From positions 928-64,927 of the forward strand of contig CAKQLT010000002.1 of NCBI GenBank assembly GCA_934254715.1: a DNA stretch of 64,000 nucleotides, read 5' to 3'. Positions 51,401 through 56,121 of the stretch are shown here, in pieces. The translations under genes were made by a program, and so were the position numbers. The DNA comes from an uncultured Clostridia bacterium. GTDB lineage: Bacteria > Bacillota > Clostridia > Christensenellales > CAG-917. The first letter of the stretch is position 1; every line of letters starts with the position of its first letter. The notes under the pieces are model-generated. The model ran no database searches and had not been told where the DNA came from. It saw only the letters and a program-made list of their open reading frames with translations.

Positions 51401-53215
51401 TACACGGTCATTCAGGGTAGGTCGGGCAATTCCCGACTCGGTGCGTCCGTGTCTACGACCAACGGTATGAATCTCAACTATCGTTTGAGCAATCAGCCGA
51501 CTCTTACCATCGCGTACTTCGTGTCCACAGAGAGCAACGAATACAAGATAACTTCGCTTGCGCGTTTGCTCATTGCGTCCTTCTACTACACGGCGCATCA
51601 GAACCCGCAAAACCTCGATATGATCAAGATCGTATCGTCGGGTTACGCGTGGGTCAAGGTCGTTAGCGTGGGCGAGGACGGCGCATACGTCGGCGATTAC
51701 AAGAAGCCCGACAATTCGCCTATCAAGGATTCTACCGCAACCACTTGGGACGAGTATCTTGCAGAATTGCAAGCGGCGGATTACGCGGTGTTCTTCGACA
51801 CCGAAAAGAACGAATGGGGCTACTATAGTTCCAACGAATCCACGCAAAACGACATTCCGTTGAAGTTCGTGCAAACGAAAGACATAACGGGTACGTTCAC
51901 GGCGCAAGACGTCGAAATACTCAACGCGTTCTTCACGACCTCGTCCGTAGACGACAACGGCAACGTTACGCAAAAGCAGTATAACTGGAACGGAACTAAC
52001 AAGGACTTCCTCACGAACGTACTCAAAGCGAGAGTGGGCGCAAACGTGACGATAGACGGCAGTCTGTTCGTATCGACGGCAACGTCGAAAGTGAACGGAA
52101 GCGACGTGTTGACGGGCTTTGACGGCACTTACGACGGCAACGGCTACGTCATCGAATATCTCAATATTATGGGCTACGGCAAAGCAAACGTCGGCTTGTT
52201 CGACGTGATAGGCGAAAGCGGTATCGTAAAGAACGTGCATTTGAGAAACGTCACTATCAACGCAAATCAAGGCAACGTAGGCGCAATCGCCGGTAGCGTT
52301 TACGAATCGAAAACCACCGAAACGAGCGTAAAGAACGTGTCCGTACACGGCGCAATCAACGCAAGCGGCGGCACGGTGGGCGGTCTGTTCGGCACGAGCG
52401 CGAGAGATATTGAAAACGCAATCGTTCTCGGCACGATAACCTCTCAAAACGCAACCGTCGGCGGCGTTGTCGGCACGACGAGCGCAAGCGTAAAGAACGT
52501 CGTTTCCCTTGTGCAAATCACCGCATACGGCGGCACGACAAAAGCGTTTACGACTTCGGGCGCAACGATTGAAGATTCCTATCATATGACTAACGCCGTA
52601 TGGCAAAAGGGAAGCGGATTCGACAACGTTTCGGGCAAGTCCAAGACGTTCAACGAGTTGATGTCGGGTTCTGTTTCGGGTTACGGCACGCAAAACAAGT
52701 ATTACTACACGGGTACGGTCGCGCCGACCAAAGGCGAGTTTGACGTTCTCGACGACGTGCAGATTACCGAACTTTCGGCAATAGGCTCGCAAAACGAAGA
52801 AAACGAAAAGCAGAGTATGCGCCTCAAAGATGTAGTTTCCGTATATCTAATGATGTATTCTTTGTCAAAGACGACGGGAACGCTCACGAGCGACGGCAAG
52901 AGTTTCAACGTAAACGCATACGCGATTAGTTCGTCGAGTTGGCTCGTAGGCACGGCGGACGGCACGCAAAGCAATCCGATTGCAATCGCAAACAAGCAAA
53001 ACGTATCGCTTTTAAGACAACTTCCGTTTGCGACGTTCACGCTCAAGACCAATATCGCGCTCGACATTGCAAGCACGTTTGCAGGCGCGTTCTTCGGAAC
53101 GGTTACGAGCGCGACGGATAGCGCGGGCAATTCGTTCGGATACAAGATAACTTGCGACAAGGATATGTTCGAGGCGTACGCCGAAAGCAATCCGAGTTGG
53201 ATAGAAGTCGCATAA
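33470..53215 (+). CDS. Giant (6,581 aa) secreted GLUG-repeat/beta-helix adhesin-like surface protein
   Basis: This is one uninterrupted ORF. I chose the ATG at 33470, 5 nt after GGAGAG, giving the N-terminus MRSTRIGQTKLKKCMKLTASGLLLAVMFVLVFAGTLSGAFG (a Sec signal). It contains three Listeria-Bacteroides (Flg_new) repeats and dozens of GLUG-type motifs (YVGGVVGYA, NVGGIVG, FVGGSIG). These sit in at least five modules, each opening with a G-x-x-x-NPY-x-I cap. A discoidin-like insert and many Y-x-G/YDG (MBG-like) Ig-type repeats are also present. There is no LPXTG, SLH or C-terminal TM segment. Confidence 0.9.
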   Translation: MRSTRIGQTKLKKCMKLTASGLLLAVMFVLVFAGTLSGAFGIENIANAAVSKSYGSSDSMATTHTIPISASNWTLEAVSSTQNAARVYGLGGDFTDSYSNNDSYNKAFRIRPVTFAANENIADPTANKVGGSTTKGGTSYGTSLKYDSVGINAMSGDDNCGTAVFNLYTTIQVPQSITSFSFDALMWAGMDAYKASSWGSGTPSHNTSFNLAVYAGDGVRSGTALCNTSSYSISSSNSSKNSVETKTDGSISKSDIDISNVAISNGTKSITIVLQMSAYKADTGGYYDMSTHMLLVYNMRISYKGHYQVAFNGNGSTKGSMSNQVLTYGAGDSLNLNQFERAGYKFTGWNDQIDANGNGIGNSFADGATITEDFTKTPSTSSANGIVAKTLYAQWTPLFGLIYHQNASSGDTTTVYYNIEGGSQITLYTADDFAATGALSGFAKSGYYFAGWADSADSQTPLPSTITAGANGQTRDIYAIWKPIEYTIYFDKNNTSASGTVDNISGYGGSAIASLPYGYHMQDGFFTGWTLNATGSGTFYKKGEGISATALNALLTNAQNKKIDTASVSLRLYAQWVTNIEFGKDSGHLDEKWGSQSNPYVIRNVTQLNNLAKIVNAKCSASASGVVGSIVGSSYAYATNPLASANGGYANCYFRLDVDITNMSGFTTPIGTNTAVFSGFFDGNNKTLSGIDIDKAGSYVGLFGYTSGATIQNLTISGSVKGSKYVGGVVGYALNTTIYNVTNNATVTARYSVDNDAGGSIIQYDGGNQTNEGFDKVFDGTDKKFCGTQSGMSFVADLGSSLAISGFAIKNANDTASNTNRRPKTIQIWGSDESTNHGNKNDKGNAGASPTSKGYTNWNLVFSLDTNNFSSTNYERVEFAFDGNKTYKYRYYWVYIISAGGIIQFSEFDFLAAGEDVGGVVGYASGTSGNGTVISNVKNNASVTGSNYTGGLVGRASGIFAITDSSNAGGIMGFDGVAGVLGAMTNNANVTITSCQNSGTVSSSPESNGVAGIIGRTESASNRLVVQGCKNTAVITGDRNVGGIGGRIETTRNAKGSLVFANCYNDGSIAATAYGTVGGIAGYFFANGTSIADVATISYCFSSGAVSSNSTASDKNIGGIVGNPRASTLTSTRVYNCYTTNTTYAISGTANATIDNTNYVIASGASAPSTTNGGKYLVYNSAFTFKPAIISGSTYTPYNSWTAIAEYVNATVNGEVVRVFNDINGFMVSGNVAPSSSQYFLSRKGVSSSEYLTPSKVENGNPTNAADRSNTATFTVTAWYGANTNSNIQCTISTVTINDSKNNIYNGQQQGFARSEVSNPNANNSVYGVVFDYLLTSPSEHFVKTFAFDSNGNQIESGSNPYQVGAYNTTVFVKIGDVIVGKRVNRVFEIAQETINVAWEWTDGKQSTLFSRIGTGDGVQFVYNKAEQGLGSVTFAYNKNSFYTAAEYMFTASGNLKYMNASGNAYSRTYTLNDTRNFKIHSTNTNADLSGTTVTFEWIIRRNKLTIENRWVRADFGKDSTIYTFEYNAAHQGLLATDGITYIVENDTAGKSHEIYSWVLYIDNHANTINVGKYTRSIYVNDQTNYVIAYTNSYVGNGIAKLSGNKGVSVNDTQSSVTYSWQILAYNILDNFNSDSSKTKVWFGGIAGDNGLIVGNQLTSVISGATRDGNSVNVAYYPLQSASSGVQQVLVYGQSRYDEAKFVIYVQYNDGTIAQLFGNEYTLSNLDAPTKENPTPINTSVTASGQGNFAGDLSKYYTVLYSDFGWKSGKNPNSANWGAADNPYVIDRPEYLLRLSQIVNGKDKAWNSIANTSYCYAPQSTATAQNATYKGAYFLVTANIDMSDYVSKDGLTNFLPVGDGSANGERPFSAIFDGGNNEIKYIYNIGYFVNKANPSGEEKYDYVGLFGYIDGATVKNLTVTSERSISFTVGDVTYKGGVNGRDYVGGIVGKAVDSTLEEVVLRYGDCVYGNDYVGGVVGFAQNTTIANSEKIFNASVSGRFYVGGVAGEWQVYDKSQLGLNNQQSLTPIDSSSVSGAKYVGGLVGWLDLSNCSGSVTFTPQYDNGTSKTLEVKGTEYVGALFGTLVGNGYRQTANSTGLTSIVIESSKVGNVTLKPVTYSDGNSTYLPKVVGGLVGFIESAALVFGTSWNTDNITFDFNKTSTSFLGGVVGVMSKNSTIEMFVLIKNDGSQLTSVDGKITANTQFGHAGSPSSSNYNAGSFVGGIVGYVSSQAGSFWREGTTIFGNAVQFENTANVYATGFAGGIFGALGNIALSKIEQSVGAVYDEISVAQNQDNRTNILQKILVGGVREGLSVTTLGIAPTTDSDYVSGANGKLRNTASVQVTKSNGVGGEYVGGIVGYSGANVRLVLRNKPQTGDIDVSALNVYSGGANVAIAGSYAGGIAGFTDNLEHELQYIVVQAKFTDSNATRVGGLIGEMTSGAINGCVVVSAMAAGERISFDTDNFQGTEYVGGLVGKTENATIKDSIATGFNLQSTSITKGGVLGGGTNPTIEASWTFYIANEGATYSTISANEYGKYILVDKDTITSNGSSYPSFEKLCAFAGIANTLQNGVVGILEFALNVPSATYNANWGGAQLAFYDASGSDKITTNFGATENNSVGAIKDFVNVNNVVTVKLDMETGTSMQVCIVPIEFVNVKKWTTSNDLYASTNSRKWQLNIENSYKQPSSSSRYVVYVTNNNEGTLSSNKERLYDDDGNVRYIQASVFYNWQDKDGNEFYVLIGNGDNSNFVGSYDKELTPGSKGNPFTISNQKEWNDFAHSVYSGTSYSGQYVKLLTDEIVIDNSAHYGTASSTKKLDFGTAVTSTPANGTAAGSNIGYNFAGDISKDSNEHNFQGVFDGNGHYITVNYNSGGYHRVSVFPNAANAEFRNLTIKGSIMAASQMTGADGIANSAAYDIAAFVAKPFGSLEFYNCTNEADIIGLRNVAGIVGYNSGGHGIKLEACVNTGNITSLQGMYTVSGGFKDTYKYNDNLADTGVGVNNISFTFGTGGIIGSYVGTITIESCRNAGEIIGGNNVGGIIGRHEGSSSSTATLTINNCANTGNVLSNSGYWGEDEGGVEGANSEGVRQHVFGYAGGLVGITGQHSILRMYASYNTGDVTTYSNIVGGLVGGVGALYQPSGKNTVKTGGRSIIAYCYNTGTIKAGGTFPKTTQAYGGGRENFGGTVSGGFVGIAGDIQISQGYNAGDVWNYGHISYQFSWQVRAGGIVGQSEPVTESGHTGYVLFDNLYNVGTIFVRPIDYEIIFGYTVKNNLRYGAAISGYCDVSDKSDRIKASDCYSINNCISSRCAVLNGKEYSYYKNGQNSWNPEFRDQWYQNSGVGGIGETKVNLLETGRVYNTYDSLTAAMDENSKLRMTGSNFAFDQSTTALTLNYGSVGNYTSIKEQIIGADASISDNAVSNLSTIGWKKFPDSWLYVYGCLPQLSMFALDTQNGLSMRSVGYGKDDYGVYNDEGVAAGSEQYPYIIKDGVDLMGMQALVDAGLSFEGKYIEIANGSNNLEGIASTRIELATYDGTNTAAVNDDSNTMYKAVDQNGDYKVGKSYHLLLQGAIFNKAYNQGQNPTYVGTDYAYWAWNTYYYNGETLSNVWESGSPNPNKWDSYGSMRHYGVFSLQNFIPMGRGNSVFKGNFSGKQANGEMTYIDNVRISTGKYNNSSNVTCGSEYGGLFSKVENAYIGYIAIGGNSKILSFAKENDISATGGIVGLSLGSSVIDNCGVSDSATIGAYGVSKTNQYVENESIANNKKYAKDTYAGGIVGLADTKHGNSYSAGITAIIRNCNVSTTGNIESAKDYIGGILGYVEGSSNAEGKGNSVRIENCNVQNAVIQAADSATTSSYIGGVFGFGSQYVSAFVTGCSVGVGGKVTIKGEHSLGGIAGGMSNAQGGYIDSCTVGGGTSITRIDQGGDKQVVESANHGTAIGGLVGFTQNSTDTVSPLTTTFSGTSSFAGTITVGVAATNQSADSDAAISCIGGIVGDMGSGANFASGSDVTVRGTISIPLAAANVGGVAGRTNTATFIGKFDVSPNMSTANTENVGGFIGKNIGTVYILADNTDKLVDGNLKGTQISIGGTIVGTNEVGGFIGVNNSQSTLNIGSNVANAKPYRSGTLNITISATVTGSGENVGGIVGKNEGASSLGATDYATVDIVKGVILQKGDIEGQKYVGGIIGLNQGLLTTGGGEADTAIGGATLSNAQINSIKNLSITNEGNVKGGALNGTAYENGDYVGGVIGLLDSPDTLKVTDEGKGAIAGTFTNGGKVEGGRFVGGSIGFVGKNVTITAKDTDTLFVNSGEVTAHGYFAGGSIGALVGTIEGVSTEYMVNFENEGNVNATGFVGGSIGVLAGPVKFAQFVNKSNGLTMEAVNAVGGSVGYIGLSSTLKTVLDTLGITLESDYVQIVNTHFEAKGNLTVNANQTAIDEAKGNASDSSTGWGGVGGAIGVIGASVAKWGSSDKERNTYYANGNVVASGINNVGGIVGLVNANDITISNMLAYGTTVKGGANVGGIVGATTGAGTVIKSAYAVEGTFEGSEMVGGIIGRTKSDTDAKSSYWVKGYPNATLAGTDVGKLQTDLGKFETIVEYVGSQPVVFTEEFCTMYTPKTYYDDYTGTHKYDGKTITAVTDANMTWEQYFASSLGIANAEKKNGAWVKPIAGAKSYTTGASDTGWYFVYATDTTIGTISAEHSVNANESYWKRIADAYTASEREAGDDTKALTASEIVLGDNGQPQKSTLYATATSAGENSGYYLYMATSGNSRPSATYSDGLFFIKTLTANEDALAENVAVYYRTISRGKSLTYNGYARFAPVGITASEGDEVPFVENPTTGTPDTYCYSSDTSADSTKTDPNEAGKPYKSKVKIYYFDSEGTPHVVGGVEIDWEIKKRDLEASFSDSGERVYGVDRAESSDGTAKHDVTLKISNIAPNKGSDLSLIITIRDKDNNATTFTLSKNSMTPEAINGISIVGAGITNLCENKWDVNDSLYNVTEPSEKQTYEFSCAIDFQNAKEYTIEISLSNASTALYNLTGDTTKGFNVKPATLTISGNGTDSVMFDNKTHGYGWTISGLVNKAGYSDTIAVLAAFSPKACAKLEGETNPYEVDLYSSSTALKTGNIALDSLAGVSLTINGNPPSIDLTGAKKAGSYYLTFATLTAGNYTLNLEGSTTAKQSKKLAISTNSLTFEWQGAGGSHTYDKETTGVITLTIKAAKEISDFANFVNKYFTMSMSGTGSTVSAVTSSNNTTATVKFTTGVNALKYYQAKVTLNKNETDFIEDNKGSCSYPSALSNGGSIIKNYEILRRSLSFEFSTSNGTYNAQNQGWNGVRTKAKANDGTGLISGDSVKVGIVITRNDSAFKSAANISVSTSYVTGGLSTIAWGNYVVTVTLDESQSKNYTVSSSATTTASWKINKYSLSLKGLEGGKKTYDGTAVTPKLSINNQDITDGKYNYYGDAISITYSVLDAENKSHDSLVNVGVYNISIGGSGSNAISVIPKQRDGIDTADNYAIDSSESGSTTYTIEPRQIKLTWQEIASFVFSNAAQGLIVTGVEGIDGNGSLAIVNGSSTIDGVNIKGYAGNDVIEITISGAATHVADGKKFMTAVISKVTGTNADGSDSNFKNYEIVEGITSGEFEITPSVVSVRFTATNATLEKVYDGNNRVTAQILDSYFTLSATGHVPTKFPFTISGTYDDENVLYDSSNNVIRGKEVTFSYTFADPTNVGDYALGSVDTAAYNVGKITPKHIQVFLDKLRSNKATRTYTDDTTYGGSGVSGNGTTKPYRAGEGFRVSGVLTGDVVTVFANYAESDNLRNTSTNGGFDFAKYVNDVYKDSDGTFKKATSGSYLKKLVFEMNGADAGNYTFNVYHSSDGAYSDTDGNFATKVTVYDSRESDQNRKNKSGSPQIQIEITVKSVKVEYSNTAQSYANDDNTYNTDWARVEGTNKETDKAGADIIVTNGWMYDDGKDRPIDSTDKKREYHGYTVIQGRSGNSRLGASVSTTNGMNLNYRLSNQPTLTIAYFVSTESNEYKITSLARLLIASFYYTAHQNPQNLDMIKIVSSGYAWVKVVSVGEDGAYVGDYKKPDNSPIKDSTATTWDEYLAELQAADYAVFFDTEKNEWGYYSSNESTQNDIPLKFVQTKDITGTFTAQDVEILNAFFTTSSVDDNGNVTQKQYNWNGTNKDFLTNVLKARVGANVTIDGSLFVSTATSKVNGSDVLTGFDGTYDGNGYVIEYLNIMGYGKANVGLFDVIGESGIVKNVHLRNVTINANQGNVGAIAGSVYESKTTETSVKNVSVHGAINASGGTVGGLFGTSARDIENAIVLGTITSQNATVGGVVGTTSASVKNVVSLVQITAYGGTTKAFTTSGATIEDSYHMTNAVWQKGSGFDNVSGKSKTFNELMSGSVSGYGTQNKYYYTGTVAPTKGEFDVLDDVQITELSAIGSQNEENEKQSMRLKDVVSVYLMMYSLSKTTGTLTSDGKSFNVNAYAISSSSWLVGTADGTQSNPIAIANKQNVSLLRQLPFATFTLKTNIALDIASTFAGAFFGTVTSATDSAGNSFGYKITCDKDMFEAYAESNPSWIEVA
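34388..35197 (+). other. Three Listeria-Bacteroides (Flg_new) repeats within the giant protein
   Basis: The repeats read YQVAFNGNGSTKGSM...AGYKFTGWND...LYAQW, then IYHQNASSGD...SGYYFAGWAD...IYAIW, then YTIYFDKNNTSASG...DGFFTGWTL...LYAQW. Confidence 0.7.
35750..36199 (+). other. Discoidin/F5-8 type C-like (CBM32-like) domain inserted in the first GLUG module
   Basis: The segment reads IIQYDGGNQTNEGFDKVFDGTDKKFCG...FAIKNAND...RPKTIQIWGS...YRYYWVYII...IIQFSEFDF. Confidence 0.5.
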
Positions 53216-53234
53216 TCGCAACGCAAATCGCAAT

Positions 53235-53257
53235 CGGACGGCAAAAAAAGCCGTCCG
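53235..53257 (+). other. Stem-loop after the giant gene (no U-tract)
   Basis: The sequence is CGGACGGC-AAAAAAA-GCCGTCCG. It is not a canonical terminator, so read-through into the next genes is possible. Confidence 0.4.
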
Positions 53258-53476
53258 TGAGCGAGAAAAACGAGCGAAAAAAAGCAATTCGCTCGAAAAT
53301 CCGAAGAATTGCGAAAATATCACAAAATCGTGATTCTAACCGCACGTTTTCAAAAAGTTGAAATATCGTGCAAAAAAAATCGACGAAAAATCAAATAAAA
53401 CACCTTGCTCGATTGTAGTTTATATATAAATATATAAAAATCCGCAAGGCACGAGCAAAAGAAACAAGGATAAACT

Positions 53477-54559
53477 ATGCAAGCAAGCAAAAGCAAAAAC
53501 TTCAAAATCGTAATGTCAGTTATGATTCCGCTTTTGATAATCGTGACCACCGTCGTTATGGTGGGCGCGTCTTTTGCGTGGTTTTCCAACGCCGACAAAG
53601 TCACCGTTGCTGAAATAACGATGTCTACGGCGGATTCTTACAGAATCGATTTTACTCGTCAGCCTTTGTCCACCGACGGTAAGTTGCTGTTTGACAATAT
53701 GCAGTACGTCGGACAGACCGCATTTTGCGCAAGCGGCGCAAACGCGGGCAAACTTATGACCAAAGCGGTTGCGGCGGGCAACGCCGTTGACACGAGCGAC
53801 CGCGCGTATTATTTCATCAACACGGTTGCGCTCGACACGCAAGGCAAGACGTTCGATATGAGTATGGCGTTCGACGGCGTGAAGATAGTGAAGTACAAGC
53901 GCAACGCCGACGGCTCGATTACCAAAGACGAAAACGAGGAAAACGTCGTTGAAAAAACCAACAAAATCTACGCCGCTACGGGTTCTAACGTATCGCCGGT
54001 GAGCGACATTCCGTTCGCGTTCACGTGGTTTTTCAAAGTGCACGACGAAACCGCGGACGGCGTCGTAAGAAACTATCAGACCTACGACATCGACGAGGAA
54101 ATGCAAGGACAACGACTCTTGCAACTCGAACCGCAAAAGAACGAGGTTTGGTACACGCCGTACGGCAAACTCACGTTCGGCGACGACAATCTCGTTGCGC
54201 GCGTAAACGACGACGATTCAATCGACGCCGCGAGCATAAAGGACGTTGACAAGCGCGTTATCAACGACTTCGGCACGAACGGCATAGGCAACGCCACGTC
54301 GCAATTATTCGATTTCTATATCGTTTTCGCGCCCGAAAAACTGTTCTGGATGCAGTTTTTCAAGAGCGATAGGGACAAATACACCGCAAACGATATTTAC
54401 AAAACCACGACGGACGGCGTAACGACGGATTACACCAAAAAGATTTTTGAGGAATTGTCCAATCAGATGTACTATTCGCATATGGATTATTCGGGTTCTA
54501 CGTTTGAATTTTCGGCGGTACTCAACGTAACGAACGTACACGAGGAGGCGCAAGGATAA
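53477..54559 (+). CDS. Secreted protein with a SipW/TasA-class signal peptide (TasA/camelysin-like), gene 1 of 3
   Basis: The RBS is AAGGA. The N-terminus is MQASKSKNFKIVMSVMIPLLIIVTTVVMVGASFAWFSNADKV. The C-terminal strand STFEFSAVLNV resembles the TasA-family end. Confidence 0.75.
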   Translation: MQASKSKNFKIVMSVMIPLLIIVTTVVMVGASFAWFSNADKVTVAEITMSTADSYRIDFTRQPLSTDGKLLFDNMQYVGQTAFCASGANAGKLMTKAVAAGNAVDTSDRAYYFINTVALDTQGKTFDMSMAFDGVKIVKYKRNADGSITKDENEENVVEKTNKIYAATGSNVSPVSDIPFAFTWFFKVHDETADGVVRNYQTYDIDEEMQGQRLLQLEPQKNEVWYTPYGKLTFGDDNLVARVNDDDSIDAASIKDVDKRVINDFGTNGIGNATSQLFDFYIVFAPEKLFWMQFFKSDRDKYTANDIYKTTTDGVTTDYTKKIFEELSNQMYYSHMDYSGSTFEFSAVLNVTNVHEEAQG

Positions 54560-55362
54560 TGAACAAGACCAAACGCACTCTAATCGTATCGTCCGTAGTT
54601 ATGGCACTCATATTCGTCGTCACGATAGTCAGCGTGACCGCCGCGTGGTTTACTAACGTTGCGGACAGCAACGAGGACGGATTCACCACCGATTCCGCGC
54701 TTTTGCAAGAGAGCGCAAGCATATCCATCGACGAGAACGCCGCAAGCGACTACGGCACTTCGGTTTGGCCCGCCGTGGCAACGCCGGGATACCTTTCAAA
54801 AGGCAACGCCGCGCCGTACGGTACGGATTTGAAGCAGAAGCAGACGAGCAAAATCGACGTCGCGGCAAAATGCGCCGTGCTGTATTTTCCGATAACGTTC
54901 GTCGGCTCGTCGGACGCGGGGTATAGCGACGGAAGAAAATCGCTTATGCTCAGCGTGCTTTCGGCTCACCTCGACAACGACGCCGAAAATAAAGATTATC
55001 TTTCCGATTTCAACGTCGAAATGGAACTCGTCACCTTAAAAGAGGACGGTGAGTCCAAAACCAGCGAAACCATAATGCCGACTGCGCCGAGCGATTTTTC
55101 GGGCAATCCGAGCGCGATATATTACAATCAACCGTTCAAAGACGCCGAACGTAAATTGCCGAGTTACAAACTCTATATGCTCGTAATCCCCGGCGAAACC
55201 TACTATGTCAAAGCAACCATTTATTTCAATCGTATCGACGAGGAATGTAGCGAGAAACTTATTTACCTCGCCAATACGCAAAAGAATATCACGTTCCAGT
55301 TTGAAATCAAGGACAACGTTGCGCAAGGCGTGAATATCAGAGAAGGGAATATGCCCGTATGA
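54559..55362 (+). CDS. Secreted protein with a SipW/TasA-class signal peptide (TasA/camelysin-like), gene 2 of 3
   Basis: The RBS is GAGGAGG and the junction is a TAATG overlap. The N-terminus is MNKTKRTLIVSSVVMALIFVVTIVSVTAAWFTNVADS. The C-terminus is ITFQFEIKDNVAQ. Confidence 0.75.
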   Translation: MNKTKRTLIVSSVVMALIFVVTIVSVTAAWFTNVADSNEDGFTTDSALLQESASISIDENAASDYGTSVWPAVATPGYLSKGNAAPYGTDLKQKQTSKIDVAAKCAVLYFPITFVGSSDAGYSDGRKSLMLSVLSAHLDNDAENKDYLSDFNVEMELVTLKEDGESKTSETIMPTAPSDFSGNPSAIYYNQPFKDAERKLPSYKLYMLVIPGETYYVKATIYFNRIDEECSEKLIYLANTQKNITFQFEIKDNVAQGVNIREGNMPV

Positions 55363-56042
55363 CGTCACTTCGCAAAAACAAAATCGCGATGATAGTCGCA
55401 ATAATAGTGCTTTTTGCAGTCGCAGTTTCGGCGATGGGCGTTTCCTATGCCGTTTGGATTTCCCCCGACGGTCCGATAGGCGGCGGCTCGTCCAAAGCGT
55501 CCCCGTCCGTTACGCCCGACTCGAACAACGTCTGGGCAAAGTATTTCAATTATAAGGAAATAACGGTCGAGGGGTTGGACGGCAAATACGTCGAAATATC
55601 CACGTTCTACACCGACGGCGAAAACGCACAAGGACTCAATTTGTCCGATTTGTATATTCCCGAGGTCATTTGGGTGGAAAAGGGCAGCGGCAAAGTGCTT
55701 GCAACGCTGGACGGCGTAAGCGAAAACGCGTACGAAACCTACAATGTTTACCGCATTACCAACAGCATATTCGCGGATTCGTCCCTCAAAAGTTTGCCCG
55801 TAACTATCCATATTCCTGCAAGCGTATGCGAAATCGACGCCGCCGCTTTTGCAGGTCTGCCCAATCTTCAATCCGTGTATTTTGAAAACAGAATGCCGTG
55901 TACGTTAGGGGCGTATGCGTTTGCAGGTTGCTCAAATCTCGAATACGTCTACGACGTCAGAAACGGCGGCGTAACGCCCGACGACACCTCTTTCGTCGGC
56001 ACAAAAATCACCGTCACCGACGGTCAAATTCAGTTTGCGTAA
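55359..56042 (+). CDS. BspA-type leucine-rich-repeat protein with a similar N-terminal signal/anchor, gene 3 of 3
   Basis: The junction is an ATGA overlap. The N-terminus is MTSLRKNKIAMIVAIIVLFAVAVSAMGVSYAVWISPDG. The LRR_5-like segment reads IPASVCEIDAAAFAGLPNLQSVYFEN...LGAYAFAGCSNLEYVY. Confidence 0.75.
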   Translation: MTSLRKNKIAMIVAIIVLFAVAVSAMGVSYAVWISPDGPIGGGSSKASPSVTPDSNNVWAKYFNYKEITVEGLDGKYVEISTFYTDGENAQGLNLSDLYIPEVIWVEKGSGKVLATLDGVSENAYETYNVYRITNSIFADSSLKSLPVTIHIPASVCEIDAAAFAGLPNLQSVYFENRMPCTLGAYAFAGCSNLEYVYDVRNGGVTPDDTSFVGTKITVTDGQIQFA

Positions 56043-56092
56043 AAATAAATTGCAAAACGTCGCAAGTTTTTTAGCAAATTTAACGGCAATGT

Positions 56093-56121
56093 TTGACACA
56101 ATCGCAAACTCTTGCTATACT
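56093..56121 (+). promoter_or_regulatory. Sigma-A promoter upstream of the tRNA pair
   Basis: TTGACA (56093-56098), a 17-nt spacer, then TATACT (56116-56121), about 155 nt upstream of tRNA-Ser. Confidence 0.55.

Noticed and set aside
34604-52792. Very long antisense ORFs inside the giant gene, for example 49910-52792 (960 aa), 46097-48226 (709 aa), 34604-35980, 37367-38509, 39767-40948, 41510-42775 and 44699-45703.
   Set aside because: They lie opposite a sense frame that is supported along its whole length by recognisable domain repeats. Their products are Arg/Val/Ala/Cys-rich low-information sequences with no motifs, no RBS and no signal features. Long antisense ORFs are expected when the sense strand rarely uses TTA, CTA or TCA codons, which read as stops on the opposite strand.
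53100-53215. A cell-wall sorting signal (LPXTG plus hydrophobic tail), SLH or choline-binding anchor at the C-terminus of the giant protein or in the three downstream proteins.
   Set aside because: No such motif is seen in the last ~200 residues of the giant protein (…ATDSAGNSFGYKITCDKDMFEAYAESNPSWIEVA) or in the three small proteins. No sortase gene is present in the window. The absence is reported as part of the finding rather than as a feature.
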